The position numbers were made by a program, and so were the translations under genes. From assembly GCF_902459465.1 (NCBI RefSeq), contig NC_047062.1, positions 33,604,001 through 33,668,000 on the forward strand: a stretch of DNA of 64,000 nt. The letters run 5' to 3'. The notes beneath the pieces were generated by a model. That model made no database searches. It saw only the letters and a program-made list of their open reading frames with translations, and was not told where the DNA came from. This DNA is from Asterias rubens. Taxonomy: Eukaryota. How positions within the stretch are numbered: position 1 is the stretch's first letter; the number at the start of each line of letters is the position of its first letter. Below, piece by piece: positions 1-13,229 of this stretch.

Positions 1-1820
1 TAAGGAGCAATAAGTAGGGGGGATCAGGGTAGTATGCATGCTAAGTAATAGGCAGGGTGGTGCAGGCAGTTTAAGGAGCAATAAGTAGGGGGGATCAGGG
101 TAGTATGCATGCTAAGTAATAGGCAGGGTGGTGCAGGCAGTTTAAGGAGCAATAAGTAGGGGGGATCAGGGTAGTATGCATGCTAAGTAATAGGCAGGGT
201 AGTGCAGGCAGTTTAAGGAGCAATAAGTAGGGGGGATCAGGGTAGTATGCATGCTAAGTAATAGGCAGGGTAGTGCAGGCAGTTTAAGGAGCAATAAGTA
301 GGGGGGATCAGGGTAGTATGCATGCTAAGTAATAGGCAGGGTAGTGCAGGCAGTTTAAGGAGCAATAAGTAGGGGGGATCAGGGTAGTATGCATGCTAAG
401 TAATAGGCAGGGTAGTGCAGGCAGTTTAAGGAGCAATAAGTAGGGGGGATCAGGGTAGTATGCATGCTAAGTAATAGGCAGGGTGGTGCAGGCAGTTTAA
501 GGAGCAATAAGTAGGGGGGATCAGGGTAGTATGCATGCTAAGTAATAGGCAGGGTGGTGCAGGCAGTTTAAGGAGCAATAAGTAGGGGGGATCAGGGTAG
601 TATGCATGCTAAGTAATAGGCAGGGTGGTGCAGGCAGTTTAAGGAGCAATAAGTAGGGGTGATCAGGGTAGTATGCATGCTAAGTAATAGGCAGGGTGGT
701 GCAGGCAGTTTAAGGAGCAATAAGTAGGGGGGATCAGGGTAGTATGCATGCTAAGTAATAGGCAGGGTGGTGCAGGCAGTTTAAGGAGCAATAAGTAGGG
801 GGGATCAGGGTAGTATGCATGCTAAGTAATAGGCAGGGTGGTGCAGGCAGTTTAAGGAGCAATAAGTAGGGGGGATCAGGGTAGTATGCATGCTAAGTAA
901 TAGGCAGGGTGGTGCAGGCAGTTTAAGGAGCAATAAGTAGGGGGGATCAGGGTAGTATGCATGCTAAGTAATAGGCAGGGTAGTGCAGGCAGTTTAAGGA
1001 GCAATAAGTAGGGGGGATCAGGGTAGTATGCATGCTAAGTAATAGGCAGGGTGGTGCAGGCAGTTTAAGGAGCAATAAGTAGGGGGGATCAGGGTAGTAT
1101 GCATGCTAAGTAATAGGCAGGGTGGTGCAGGCAGTTTAAGGAGCAATAAGTAGGGGGGATCAGGTTAGTATGCATGCTAAGTAATAGGCAGGGTGGTGCA
1201 GGCAGTTTAAGGAGCAATAAGTAGGGGGGATCAGGGTAGTATGCATGCTAAGGAATAGGCAGGGTGGTGCAGGCAGTTTAAGGAGCAATAAGTAGGGGGG
1301 ATCAGGGTAGTATGCATGCTAAGTAATAGGCAGGGTAGTGCAGGCAGTTTAAGGAGCAATAAGTAGGGGGGATCAGGGTAGTATGCATGCTAAGTAATAG
1401 GCAGGGTGGTGCAGGCAGTTTAAGGAGCAATAAGTAGGGGGGATCAGGGTAGTATGCATGCTAAGTAATAGGCAGGGTGGTGCAGGCAGTTTAAGGAGCA
1501 ATAAGTAGGGGGGATCAGGGTAGTATGCATGCTAAGTAATAGGCAGGGTAGTGCAGGCAGTTTAAGGAGCAATAAGTAGGGGGGATCAGGGTAGTATGCA
1601 TGCTAAGTAATAGGCAGGGTAGTGCAGGCAGTTTAAGGAGCAATAAGTAGGGGGGATCAGGTTAGTATGCATGCTAAGTAATAGGCAGGGTGGTGCAGGC
1701 AGTTTAAGGAGCAATAAGTAGGGGGGATCAGGGTAGTATGCATGCTAAGTAATAGGCAGGGTAGTGCAGGCAGTTTAAGGAGCAATAAGTAGGGGGGATC
1801 AGGGTAGTATGCATGCTAAG
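1..1820. repeat. 71-bp tandem satellite, ~25.6 copies, in a PARP intron
   Basis: Unit taaggagcaataagtagggggggatcagggtagtatgcatgctaagtaataggcagggtggtgcaggcagtt recurs every 71 bp; copies differ mainly at ggtggtgc/ggtagtgc. The array ends 26 bp from the intron donor at 1846. Confidence 0.98.
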
Positions 1821-1846
1821 GGAAAAGGTCTAATACTAACTCTTAC

Positions 1847-4800
1847 CTCTTCATGAAGTTTGTTGAAGTAACGTCCACCAGATTGATTGCATTTCTGGAT
1901 CAGACGACCAGCTAACAATCGATGGCCTGCTTTTACTGCAACAACAATATTCTCTTCTACAAGGCACTACAAGTCGAAAGTAAATAAAAACATTCAAATA
2001 AACAATCAAACAAACCCCTCGATATTTAAGAAAACGTGAAGGATGGTTATCTAGTAGAGTTAACCACCACATGCATCCACAAAGCCCAATGTGGTTGGTT
2101 GGTTGGTTTTGAAAACAGCGCATAACCAAAATGTGTCCAACTAGAAAAATATTGCTTAACAGGAACATGATACAGCCAAATTGTTATTGTTGTGTCTGGT
2201 GCCCCACTCATCCTTTGCTTAGCAAGGAGTATTTCCTGCTTAAGCAGCTCTATGAAATTGGACTCTAGCTAATAGAACACAAGATGGATTCATATTGCTC
2301 TGGAATTCACTTTCTGAAAAATACACAACATCTCCCCTTTTCAGCAGCAACTTAAGACACACTTGTTCACACTTGCTGACCTACCACTTGAGAATTCACT
2401 CCTTTCCATCTTGACCGGCGCCTTTGTATGGTTTTTACATCAGATGCAATGCGCCTTTATTAGTGCTGTGTAATTATTATTATTATTATTATTATTATTA
2501 GGGCTTTATATCTTCTCATTTTCACAAAAATTTCTCACAAAAGTAAACATGATCAGCACAAATAACTTCTTACAGTTTAAAAAATGTAATATTGCCTCCA
2601 AACCAGTAAAACAACAATGTTTTACCACCCAGTACTCATTGACTAGACTCACCTTGTCATCTGGGTTGGTGGCCATCATAAACTCAATGGTCTTTGGAGA
2701 TACTCCAGTTGTCATTGCTTCTAGTATGTGTGCATCATTTGATCTGTGATGGCCAAGATCCTACAACCAAGGAAGTAGCAAAATAATGTTAAATGTATAC
2801 AATCACAAGCTAAATCTTAACCAAATTTCATGGCTCTGCTCTACCGCAAGCAAAAAATCAATGCATACGGGCGCAGGGAATTGCACGCTAACCTCAATCT
2901 AATTTCAGGGTAAACAGGGAATTTGTTATTATGCGTGTGCATACTCTACGTTACTAGGCATTCGTTATCAGAGGATAAATTTAACAAGAGCTGAGCTTAC
3001 CTTTGTAAAAGCATTGTTACCTTCTCTGCTGCCTCTCCCCACATTAATATCTCGTACAGCATGACCAAGACTCAAGAAGTTATACCTAGTAAAGGATGAA
3101 ATCAAAAGCTGTCAGACAATTTAAGCTTTCAGAGCAACTCAATATTAAGTAAGCTTTACCTCCATTTTTAGAGAAAGGCTAGGGTTCGAGGAAGGCCGTT
3201 TACTATTTTTGTCATTAATACCATAGGTCCTTTTGGTTGATAAGCAGTTTGCAACAATAAAAAAACCAATAAATGTTTTTTTTATAGTGCTTTATACACC
3301 TGAAGCGCTTCCAATATTATTACCCATGATCACTGGGCCATTTAATTAATTCCTTCTCAACTCCCTGTGGAGTATACAGCCTGTGCTGCCAAATATATAG
3401 CGCAATCAAGGCTAATCAATCACAAGAACCAACTCTGCCCTAACAGGTTCCCATTTACCCCTGGGTGGAGAGAAGCAATTATAGCTCAGTGTCTTGCTCA
3501 AGGACACAGGTGTCTTGACCGGGACTCGGACCCAAACTCTGCTGAACAGAAACACCAGAGCTTTGAGTTCAGTTCTCTTATCCACTCGGCCACGAAACCC
3601 TCCTAACAGTTAATTGTAGTTCCTAAGCTTACCTTCCACGGCTCTGATGTTCCATGATAACTTCCGGTAGCTTGGCACGTTGCTTGTTACTGCTCACCTC
3701 TGGTAACAGAAGCTTCATAGCAGCCTGGTTCTCTAGTCTCACAGCATAGTCCAAGGCAGATAGTTTTACATCATTACTCCGATTCAACATTACATTAGGT
3801 ACCTCTTTGTTGTCTACTAGTTTCTTTAGGAGTGTCATGTCATTGGTTAGGACCGCTCGAATGGTACGCTTGCACAAGACAAACTTGGAGACCTCTGGCA
3901 TCTCGTTTTCATTCCTAATGTGGTCAGAATAAAAAGAGCATGTTGAAAAGAGCGTGTGGCATGTGTATCCACGCTTGTCTCAAGTAACTTGGGTTGCGGA
4001 GTGAGTGAGAGAGTGTCATATGCAGTTTACACCTTAAAACATTTCAGAAGAACAATGATCATGATAAAAATGTAAAATGCAAAAGGAGAGTTCCACACCA
4101 CCTGCCGTTGATTTCACCAAACTCTTCCTAACTTAAGACTAGTCCGATCTCTTAGCACTGCCTAGGACTAGTCCTAAGTTAGGAAGAGTTTGGTGAAAAC
4201 CAAAACATTACAAACATAATGTTATTTTGACTGGTACACTGTTTCTGGTAAACAATACTATTCTGTGCTTAGCAAGCTTTTCTGCCTACAGGCTTATTGA
4301 AATTGGGCTCTGGTTCCCTTACTTCTAAAGAGAAATAACAACAAGACTTACTTGAGTTCGAACATTGGATCCTTTTGCACCACTTCAATATCTGGTCTCT
4401 GGATGAGCTTATCATTGGGATGAAGCTTCTCTCGTGGCTTCTTCTTTTCTTTCAGCTTCTTCTCTTTTTTCTTCTTGATCTTTTCTTTCAGCTTCTTCTC
4501 TGTCTTCAAGGGTTTAGGTCCTCTCTTGCCAGGTTTAGCTGCAGCTTTTCCCCTTGTTGTCTTTGCCTTGGCAGTGATTTTCTTTGCGACTGAAATGGAG
4601 TAAATTAAGAGAGTTTTCATCTTAATATGGTGCTTTAGGTAATAGCATTCTGCACTGCTGTTAACACACAAAAAACAGAGTACTGGATCTCAGACAAACA
4701 TGTCCAAGTTTGACGTTTACTTGCAAATACCGACGATACTCTTAATTCAGGCCTGAAGCCTTTCTCAGGTATCTGAAGCACACAAATTTATGCAACAATG

Positions 4801-7800
4801 GGTTTTTTCATTTCATTATTTTTTCGCAACTTCGATGACGAGTTGAGCCCAAATTGAGACAAGTGAACAAAATGGTCTTTGAAGTATTACCCTACATGTT
4901 CATCGCTTTAATAGATGAAGGAAACAAAATTACCTAATTTAGTCTAGACTAGAAAACTAATCATCCTATGTTTGCAAGTTGTCACCTCTCATTGTTTTCA
5001 AAAGCCTTCAAGTACTTGCTGAACATGTTTGTGATTTTCTTCTTATTTACCCGTCTTTGTTGCTGTAGTGTTTGCACCCTTAGGTCTGCCACGTCCCCTC
5101 TGTGTACCGGCTTGAGACACTGCTCTAGCTTTGGGTTGAGGCTTGGGTTTCTTGATTTGAAGTTTCTTGATTGGTCTTCTTATCGCAGTAGAGGTGGATG
5201 GATTGTCTTCATCATCATCTTCACTGTCCTCATCCTCATCACTGCTCTCTACACGTTTTACATCTTTCATCTCCATGAATCGTTGAGCTGAGGAAAACAA
5301 AACAAATTTGTTACTATAAGTAATTTTATAGTAATAATCCCAAGCTCTTATATAGCACCTCTAGGGGCATATCAAAGCGCTCAGTATTTTTCCCGTGGGT
5401 TCAAATCCAAGTAATGACAGTTTAACAAAGACACTCAACTATAATAACTTTTCTTCACCAGGGTGCGAAATTAACGGTTTTTTGGGCAACCAAAAAATCA
5501 TCCGGGCAACCTGTGATTGTGTCGCCGTTGCCCGACGGGCAACCTTATGAAAAACAACAATTTAGGCCTAACCTGCTTATATTGTGCCAGCTCCAAAGAT
5601 CGTTTGAATTTTCCACACAAAAAAAATATTTATGATGTTCAACCATTTTTGTATATTCCACGTCAACCGGACCGCGAGCCATGTGAGAACTTTCCAGCAT
5701 CATCATTCACGTATTAAATAATATGCGATGGCACAGCGCGGTTAAAATTGCAGTGCTGTGTAATAGCGGGACGTAATGCACGTGCGTAGGTTACACGTAC
5801 AGCATTTACAATTGGAATTCACGTTCTTGTTCTGTCCCAAGTATAGAATCAGCCTAACTGCAGATATATGGGCCTTTACTTACCATCTTTGCTGTGTAGC
5901 AAAACACATAGTTGGGTCATTTCTATAGTTGGGACTGAACGTTTGCACCGCTGATCCTGGTCGCACACGCGCTTTCCAGCAACCGCTGGTGCCGCGCAGT
6001 TGTCATGCTGCACAGTGTGTGCCGCGCGCGGGACCAGCTTGCAAATGATAAACACGATGAATGGAGGCTGCGGGCACACGCGCTTTCTAGAAATTGCGCT
6101 TTTCCGGGGATCACTGGTGCCACGCGTGTTATCCTGCACGCGCACATAACAAGCGTGTGGGAACAGCTAGCGAGCATGTGTGAGCGCAGATCCACTCGCT
6201 ACTTTAATTTGCGTGGTTGACACTGACAGTTCTAATATTTACGAAAGTTGCATGACACAAAGAATAACAATGAGCCTCCTAAAGTTTGGTTTCACGTTGG
6301 GTAAAAACACAAAACATGTAAGAAGTGATACCGACGCTGGTTTTACAGATGATGAAGAGCACCATGTATCCAAATCAGCAAAAATTAAGTCAAATGACAG
6401 CGATGCTTCCCCTCGGAGAGTTAGAGTAAGACTTACATGTACCAGCAAATTTTCTTAATTTCGTACCCTGTTCACTCAAGTGTAAATGGGCACCTTGTAA
6501 AGGCTGCACACTCCAAAGGGACCTGAGATGATGCAATGAAATAATGTTGATACCCCAAGCATTATTACGATCATTTTTGTGGAAACATTGCAAGTTTAGA
6601 AACCAAAAGGGTAACAAGTAAAGTGTTCAATTCACATTATAGAGCTCTGACATTAAAGACACTGGACAAAGACACTGGACACTATTGGTAACTGTCACTG
6701 ACCAGTCTTCTCACTTGGTGTATCTCAACATATGCATAAAATAACAAACCTGCGAAAATTTGAGCTCAATTGGTCGTCGAAGTTGCAAGAAAGTAATGAA
6801 AGAAAAAACCAATGTTGTGTGCTTTCAGATGGTTAATTTCGAGACCTCAAATTCTAAATCTGAGGTCTCAAAATCAAATTCATTGAAAATTACTTCTTTC
6901 TCGAAAACTGCATTACTTCAGAGGGAGCCGCTTCTCACAGTGTATTACCCTATCAACCTCTCCCCATTACTTTTTACCAAGTAAGGTTTTATGCTAATAA
7001 TTATTTTGAGAATTACCAATAGTGTCCACTGCCTTTAAAGCAAACTGTAACTTCCAAATTGAAAGGGCCTTGTCAAACGAGGCAACTTTTGATGGCAACT
7101 CAGTGTTTGTTACAGGAATTATTCAGTAGCACATGAGTAATTTTTCAAACAATGTCTTACAATCCCCATGAATATGTGAACATTGAAATGTAACTGAATT
7201 GATTTCTTTGAGATTGCCTGTACCTGGTTGCTTGTAAATTGTAAATGAATTGATTTCTTGGAGATTGCCTGTACCTGGTTGCTTGTAATGAATTGATTTC
7301 TTAGAGATTGCCTGTACCTGGTTGCTTGTAAATTACCTCGTGTGACATGACCCTTAGGGATACTTACTGTCATCAATGCCTGATGTTCCATTCTCTTTCT
7401 TCATAGCAAGTCCCAGAACCTTCTCTACTCGTGCGATCTCACTCCGTGGCATGACTAGCAGACCCCCAGCCTGTTTATTCATGACTACATCAGTAAGGAT
7501 GCTGTCTATATCAATGGTATCACGATAAGACATCTCATAGGTTCCTGGTTCCGATCTCAGCTCTAACCATAAGATCTTGAAGAGCTTGGTCTTGTGGTAG
7601 ACATTCTGAGCAGTCTTACAGATGAAATACTTCCCTGAAATTAGAGCATTGAGACAATTAACAAGAAACACAGACAACGATGCATCAGAGAACATCTTCT
7701 ACAAAATAGGACCTGCTATGTATCACACAATCTGTCGTGGCCAAGCATTTTAAATCACCGGACCCAAGCTCTAGTGCTGGGTTTGATTCCCGGTCTAAAC

Positions 7801-9344
7801 ACTCATGGCCTGAGCAAGGCACTTAACCATAATATTGCTTTGTAAAAAGTGGGGAAGGTAGTGCCTTTACAAGCCAGACTCCTAGTTGAAATGGTACCCA
7901 AGCCTACATCCTTTAAGACTGTGAAGGGGATAACCCTATTTCAACCCCAGGAGTAGGTGGCAACACATTCCTGGTGTCAGTTAAGTGTAACCGGTAAGCC
8001 CTCACCTTGAAGTAGCCGTCCAGGACCTTGTCATGTAATGCGATCTCTCATAAAACAAGTAATTCAAAACAAACTTCCTGTATAAATCTCTCCAAAGTTT
8101 TGAGTAGAGTGTATAGCAAATATATTTGGATGCACTTCAAGAATGATAAAAAAGCAATATTCTTCATTCAATCTTCAGTAGAACTTTCTGAAGGACAATA
8201 TATCAAAATTGGTTTTTAGCAACGACTTTATATGGATTATGGTACTTAAATCAACTCATCTTAAGGTTGGTTAGATTCAACACATTCTTAACTTGAAATG
8301 AACATCAAGAAATGCAATTGAAAACCACCAAACAATTGAAAATAAATATACTTGAAACCAACTTACCATTTTCAGTTCTAACAGCCAGGTAGGTGTTCTT
8401 CTGAAAGTAAAGTTCTTTATCTGCATTTGGAGTTCTTACAGATTGTTTTGAGATGGCATCTACTACATCTGATTGGTAGTATTCTGCTGGCATACGCTTG
8501 CGTTTAATCTGTGGGCTACGAGGAGAAGCATGTAGGGTAGGAGAAGTGGAAGGTACGGGACGCTTCTTCCCCTGGTGAGCAAAAATAAATAAACACAAAT
8601 CAAGTAACTATCATATCAAATGTTTAACTTAAAGGCATAGACTCCTTAGGTAATTGACAAAGACCAATTTTCTCAATTGGTGTATTCCATTAATGCATAA
8701 GTTAATGATAAATCTAATAAAATTTAATCTCAATTGGTCATCAAAGTAGCAAGAAAAAATTGAAAGAAAAAATAACAAATTTGTGAGCTTTCAGACGGGT
8801 GAGAATGGCTTCAGGCCTGCAGTTTCTTTTTAGCTTCAAATACTTTAGTGAGAAATTATCTTTCTCAAAAACTATGTAACTTCAGAGGGTCGTTTCTCAC
8901 AATGTTTTATACTATCAACAGCTCTCTGTTGCTTGTTACCTAGTGAGTTTTTGACCTGATACATATTTTGAGTAATTATCCTTTACCTTTAATTTTCACC
9001 ATGTCTCTTTAAAAGTGCCAATCTAATCCAAATCTTTAGAACAAATAGACGTATTTAGTAGCCTCCTATTGTTGGTTTTGAAATATTGTGATCAATAACA
9101 AAAAAGTCAAGGGAAATCTGAAGCTTCAATTTGAACAGTCCAAATACCTAATAATTGAAATTACATCAAAATCTTGCATAGGCTACTATTATATTTTGGA
9201 TTATTTGAAGCAGTCCTCTGAATGTGATTAAATGATGCATTCCTTTCAACAAGGTATTTTGTGCATTTTTGTATTTACCTTTGATGTAGATGGTCCATTG
9301 GTTAGCTCCTCACCCTCTTCCGCCATTCTTGCTTTCCGTCGTGG
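1847..9344 (-). CDS. PME-5/tankyrase-like ankyrin-repeat poly(ADP-ribose) polymerase, N-terminal part (continues left beyond the window; start codon unresolved)
   Basis: Phase-consistent GT-AG exons: 9344-9279, 8571-8367, 7634-7368, 5287-5051, 4589-4352, 3914-3633, 3085-3001, 2760-2653, 1966-1847. Translation includes FVLCKRTIRAVLTNDMTLLKKLV..SALDYAVRLEN, YNFLSLGHAVRDINVGRGSREGNNAFTK and VAVKAGHRLLAGRLI..GGRYFNKLHEE, which I recall from invertebrate PME-5-like PARPs. The catalytic domain is not in the window. Confidence 0.72.
3270..3600 (-). mobile_element. tRNA-derived SINE
   Basis: Reverse complement has the head gtggccgagtggataaga..gggtccgagtcc and core cttgagcaagacact shared with the plus-strand copies at 7735, 57915, 59365, 60410 and 63205. 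Confidence 0.8.
4112..4198. mobile_element. Small palindromic MITE
   Basis: tttcaccaaactcttcctaactta.gactagtcc ... ggactagtcctaagttaggaagagtttggtgaaa is a near-perfect inverted repeat; a related copy lies at ~34320-34485. Confidence 0.7.
5459..6470 (+). mobile_element. Internally deleted hAT-like DNA transposon with 5-bp TSD (hAT5-type)
   Basis: 16-bp TIRs cagggtgcgaaattaa (5459-5474) and ttaatttcgtaccctg (6455-6470), 1 mismatch; flanking direct repeat ttcac at 5454-5458 and 6471-6475; subterminal gggcaacc repeats; truncated transposase-like start MSLLKFGFTLGK from 6270. Confidence 0.75.
6657..7034. mobile_element. TTAA-flanked MITE (Kolobok-like termini)
   Basis: ttaa|agacactggacactattggtaa ... 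ttaccaatagtgtccactgcct|ttaa: TIRs plus TTAA on both sides. Confidence 0.75.
7195..7340. repeat. ~51-bp tandem repeat, ~3 copies
   Basis: gagattgcctgtacctggttgcttgtaa recurs three times with diverged spacers. Confidence 0.85.
7735..8030 (+). mobile_element. tRNA-derived SINE
   Basis: gtcgtggccaagc head, gggtttgattccc B-box-like motif, ctgagcaaggcacttaacc core. Confidence 0.75.
8633..9008. mobile_element. TTAA-flanked MITE, same family as 6657-7034
   Basis: ttaa|aggcatagactccttaggtaattgacaaagacc ... accatgtctct|ttaa; internal sequence aligns by eye to the 6657 copy. Confidence 0.7.
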
Positions 9345-10626
9345 CTGCATAAACAACAAATTATACGAGTGTAAGTATAAATAACATTCTGTTTTTTGTC
9401 ATAAAAATAAATCCCAAGGTGGCGGTCCGATTTGGAATCTTTTCCAACAAGACAAGTAGCTCTTTAAAAAGATTTTAAAACTCACTGTTTGTTTCTGTTT
9501 TTTGAGGGGGAGAGAGACAGCCACCTTCTTTCAAGATTTGTTTTCTTTTGTTGACTTTTTCACATTTTTTTAAATGAAATAATACATACAAGTTTTACAA
9601 CTGAATCAATGGATGTTGAATTTGGATCATAGATGAAGAACATGATTTGGTTTTTGCCCTTGCAACGATGTGCATTAGGCATTGCAATATTCAGTACAGT
9701 ACAGGTGTATAACTTGGGTCTTTTGGGGGCATGTTGTGTTGGGTTGGATTTAGAACCTGGCTGTGCAGCAGCCCAGGTCCAGTGTTCTGTTTTTAAATTA
9801 ATCCTGCTGATAATTACAGTTTATAATACATGAATACAAAATTACTAGAAATACAAGATTATTATATGCAAGTTACAATGGAAAGCGTTCTAGTTGGCCT
9901 GCTCTTTGATATGCTCAACATATGAAACAGTAAAAAACACCTTAAAATAAATAAGATTAAGAAACAGTGATTGATGTCGGAAATAGACGGTTAAAAGCAT
10001 CTGTGCTCTTCAATCATTGCTGTGTACTGTGGGATGCATGCATTCAACGGTACGCGGTTTTTTCGCAATTTTAAAGCCGTTTGCTTCACTTCCCACAAAT
10101 TCATGCAGATTTTTGCAAAGTGCTCAGTGCTAATAACCATCATATTGTACCAATATGCATCAACTTATTTAATTTGCATGCAAATGAAGTGAATTATCAG
10201 AGTCATTACCAGCACTTAGTCAGGCAGCCAAAAGCACAGTCGGGCGTCTGCGGTCGCGTCAACGTTTTTCGGATCCGTTTTGTTCCAAACTCTTCAATTG
10301 AAGTATTTAACTTTGGAAAATGTAGTGTAGCGCGTCCAGCACGAATAATTACAGAGGAAAGCCGGGGGAGGCGCTCCGATAATCAAAATTAAACAAAAAC
10401 ATTTTTAAAAAAACGAAAAAAAAAAACACTTGGTGATGACAGAAATGCAGTGCACTATGCTTAGCATTTTTAAACTGCTCTATAAAGTCAAAACCTTAAC
10501 ATTTGGAACCGTTCAAGTTGTTTACAATAAAACAAATTGAGATAGGCCCATCGCTTAAACTCCAAGAGATAATGCCAACGTCAGTGTCAAAATTTAGGCT
10601 ATACAAACGGACTATGGATAACTTTT

Positions 10627-10736
10627 CGTATGGCGCCACCACTTTTTCACTCATTTTTACAGAAAGGGATATATCAATCAGGTAAATTAGATACTATATT
10701 ATTTTATTTCGAATGAAAAAGTGGTGGCGCCATACG
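10627..10736. repeat. 23-bp perfect inverted repeat (MITE core)
   Basis: cgtatggcgccaccactttttca (10627-10649) and tgaaaaagtggtggcgccatacg (10714-10736). Confidence 0.8.
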
Positions 10737-13229
10737 GAAACTTTTCCACTTAAAATGTAACTTCAACATAACTTAGCCAGGTGCAATTTAATCACCCGTT
10801 GACCAGTGAGCCGTTAAACATTAGCGCTGGGCTGGGCGAACGCCAGTGCAACTTTATAGGCAATCTCTTTAAAATTGTTTTGTTAGGCATATAGTCCATG
10901 CTAAAGTGCGTTCAACTTATACACAAGTTTATACAAAATAATTTCTTTGCATCCACTATTTGAAAGACTGGATCCAAAGAAACAGCTTCTGTTATTATCT
11001 TCTTCACATCTCATCTCCCTTGACTCTTCTTATCAAATATATATAATAGAATAAAAAAAATTTTAAAAAATAAAAAAAATAAAAGGGGTACTCTCTTGAA
11101 AATAACACTCGTTGGAGGACAATTATTTTTGAAGTGAAAGACAGGTATTCAACTCGATTTAGAGTAAAGTTCGTGAGTCCCATTACTCAAAAAGAAAACC
11201 CACAGGGCATGACTTTCACTTTAAACAGAGTGACACTGACACCAGTCGAGTGCACTCGGACAATAGAGTGAAATTTTCATGGAGGACTATAGTTGTAGGC
11301 CTATACTTCATAATTAACATTCCTCTTCTTCCGAACGTTATGTAATGCGCTCGAATATTCCATGATTAATTTGCATATAAACCGTACACATTTTGACATA
11401 CCCCTTTGGGGCACGGTTCTTTTGTTGGTTGCTTTGTATTCATACCATATTGTACCAAATGTTGGAATGTGTAAAGTGGTATAAAACATCGGTGCGCAGA
11501 GAGTGGGGCGTTGGTCACAGTTTTATTTTTGAGGAGAAGCCCTGTCTTTTCTGTGAGTCTACTTTGGTTCGCCTCCCGGGAGCCCGAGACGGTCCCGGCG
11601 TGCATCGCTCTCAAATCCCATGTAAGTGCCATTTCTATGATCCCCTCTGCTCTTATATGTATTGTAAAAACTATTGTAGTGGGAGCCCCCCGCCCTGAAT
11701 ATCGTTGACAAGATTTGGCCATGCTAACGAGTTATTATCTCACTATATAGGTTTTTTTTATTTAAAAAGTGAATTATTGGAAAAATCCTAGATAGTCGAG
11801 TTGTTTTGCCTCCCCCAGACCCCACCCATACGACACATATTTTCTTTTTACAGTACATATTTGATTTGAAAGTTTTTTTAATTAGGCCCTGACCAAGTGT
11901 ATCCAAAACCCTCGCACAGCCATGTGTTCGTTTGTTATAGCGGGCGATTTGAAGATAGCTACCTTTTCCAACCCACCCCCCTCCAACCCACGGTCCGGCC
12001 ATAGTCGCACACGACAACATTCGGGGCAAGTCAGATGCACAAGTTTGTTTTAATTCAATGAGCATCATCATGATTGCGGTGTCCCTAATTATGTCATCAT
12101 CGGTAAAATAGTTTCGCGTGGAAACTCCTCTCAAATGAAAGTGTTTCTTTAATGTATGGTCCTTCTTTAAATTGTTATTTTGAGTTAATTATAAGTTTTA
12201 AATATTACCAGTTGACATACAATCTGTAAAAAAGAAAAAAAAGAACTTGTATTGTTGTATATTTTATTGTGCATACCTCCATGGGTTGATTGTGTCTAGG
12301 TTCGATTGCGTTAATAGAAGTATTTAAATGCTTCAATTTACAAACACTACTGTTTGCGTATAGATCCGAAGGACTAAGTGACCTCAATATTCCAGGTCAG
12401 CCAAACGAGCATTCACCACACAATAACACGTTCTATGCACAAACCCAATACACACACCCATACAGGCGTGTTCCATTGTGTGCGTGACCATGACTGGTGT
12501 TGAACAAAATGGAAACTTTTTTGCTCATAAAGATGGCCGTGTGTAATAATCTACGCATTTCATTATTTTCATAAACAATACAAAAATGTTTCATACAAAC
12601 ATGTTTTACTACCCTATGTTAGTTGTGTGCCGGGTTTTCTGACCCCCCCCCTCCCCCATTAGACAGCCCAGGTACCCATGGTGTCCACCGGCCCCCATAC
12701 ATTGACCTATCATTGTGAAATACAAATTATGCCCTATAATAATATTGTCTGGCAATAATATTGCTGTATAGGCATAGTTGCACTTCCTTTCGTGGTCAGG
12801 TTTTGAGTGTCATATCCTCTTCCAGTAACTAATGTATACATGTATTTACAGTGTTTTGTTTTATTTTATTTGGTATTGTTTACATCCATTTTTTTTTTTT
12901 TCCCTTGTCTTTTTTATCGTTTATTCTGTTTATAATTTATTTTAAATATATTTTCACAGTCGATCATGGTGGTCTGTTTCTGTTCCCTATTTTATTTTAC
13001 TTAATCTTCAATGTATGCTTTAATTTTCTTTCCTAAGATGATTCTATTTTAATTGTTAACTTTGTACATATCAGATTGTTTTTATATAGGCTATATGAAT
13101 ATTTCTTATTGTTTTTATTTGTATCCTTTCCTGTAATGGGCGGCTCGTCCGCTGTTGGTTTGGTCAATAAATATATAAACCATCCTCACAACGAATCATT
13201 TTTTTAAACCAATTTGAATTTAATTTTGA

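Noticed and set aside
7635-7698. ATG start of the 113-aa ORF 7354-7695 as a separate gene
   Set aside because: The acceptor at 7635-7636 joins this segment in phase to the upstream PARP exon; the remainder is intron.
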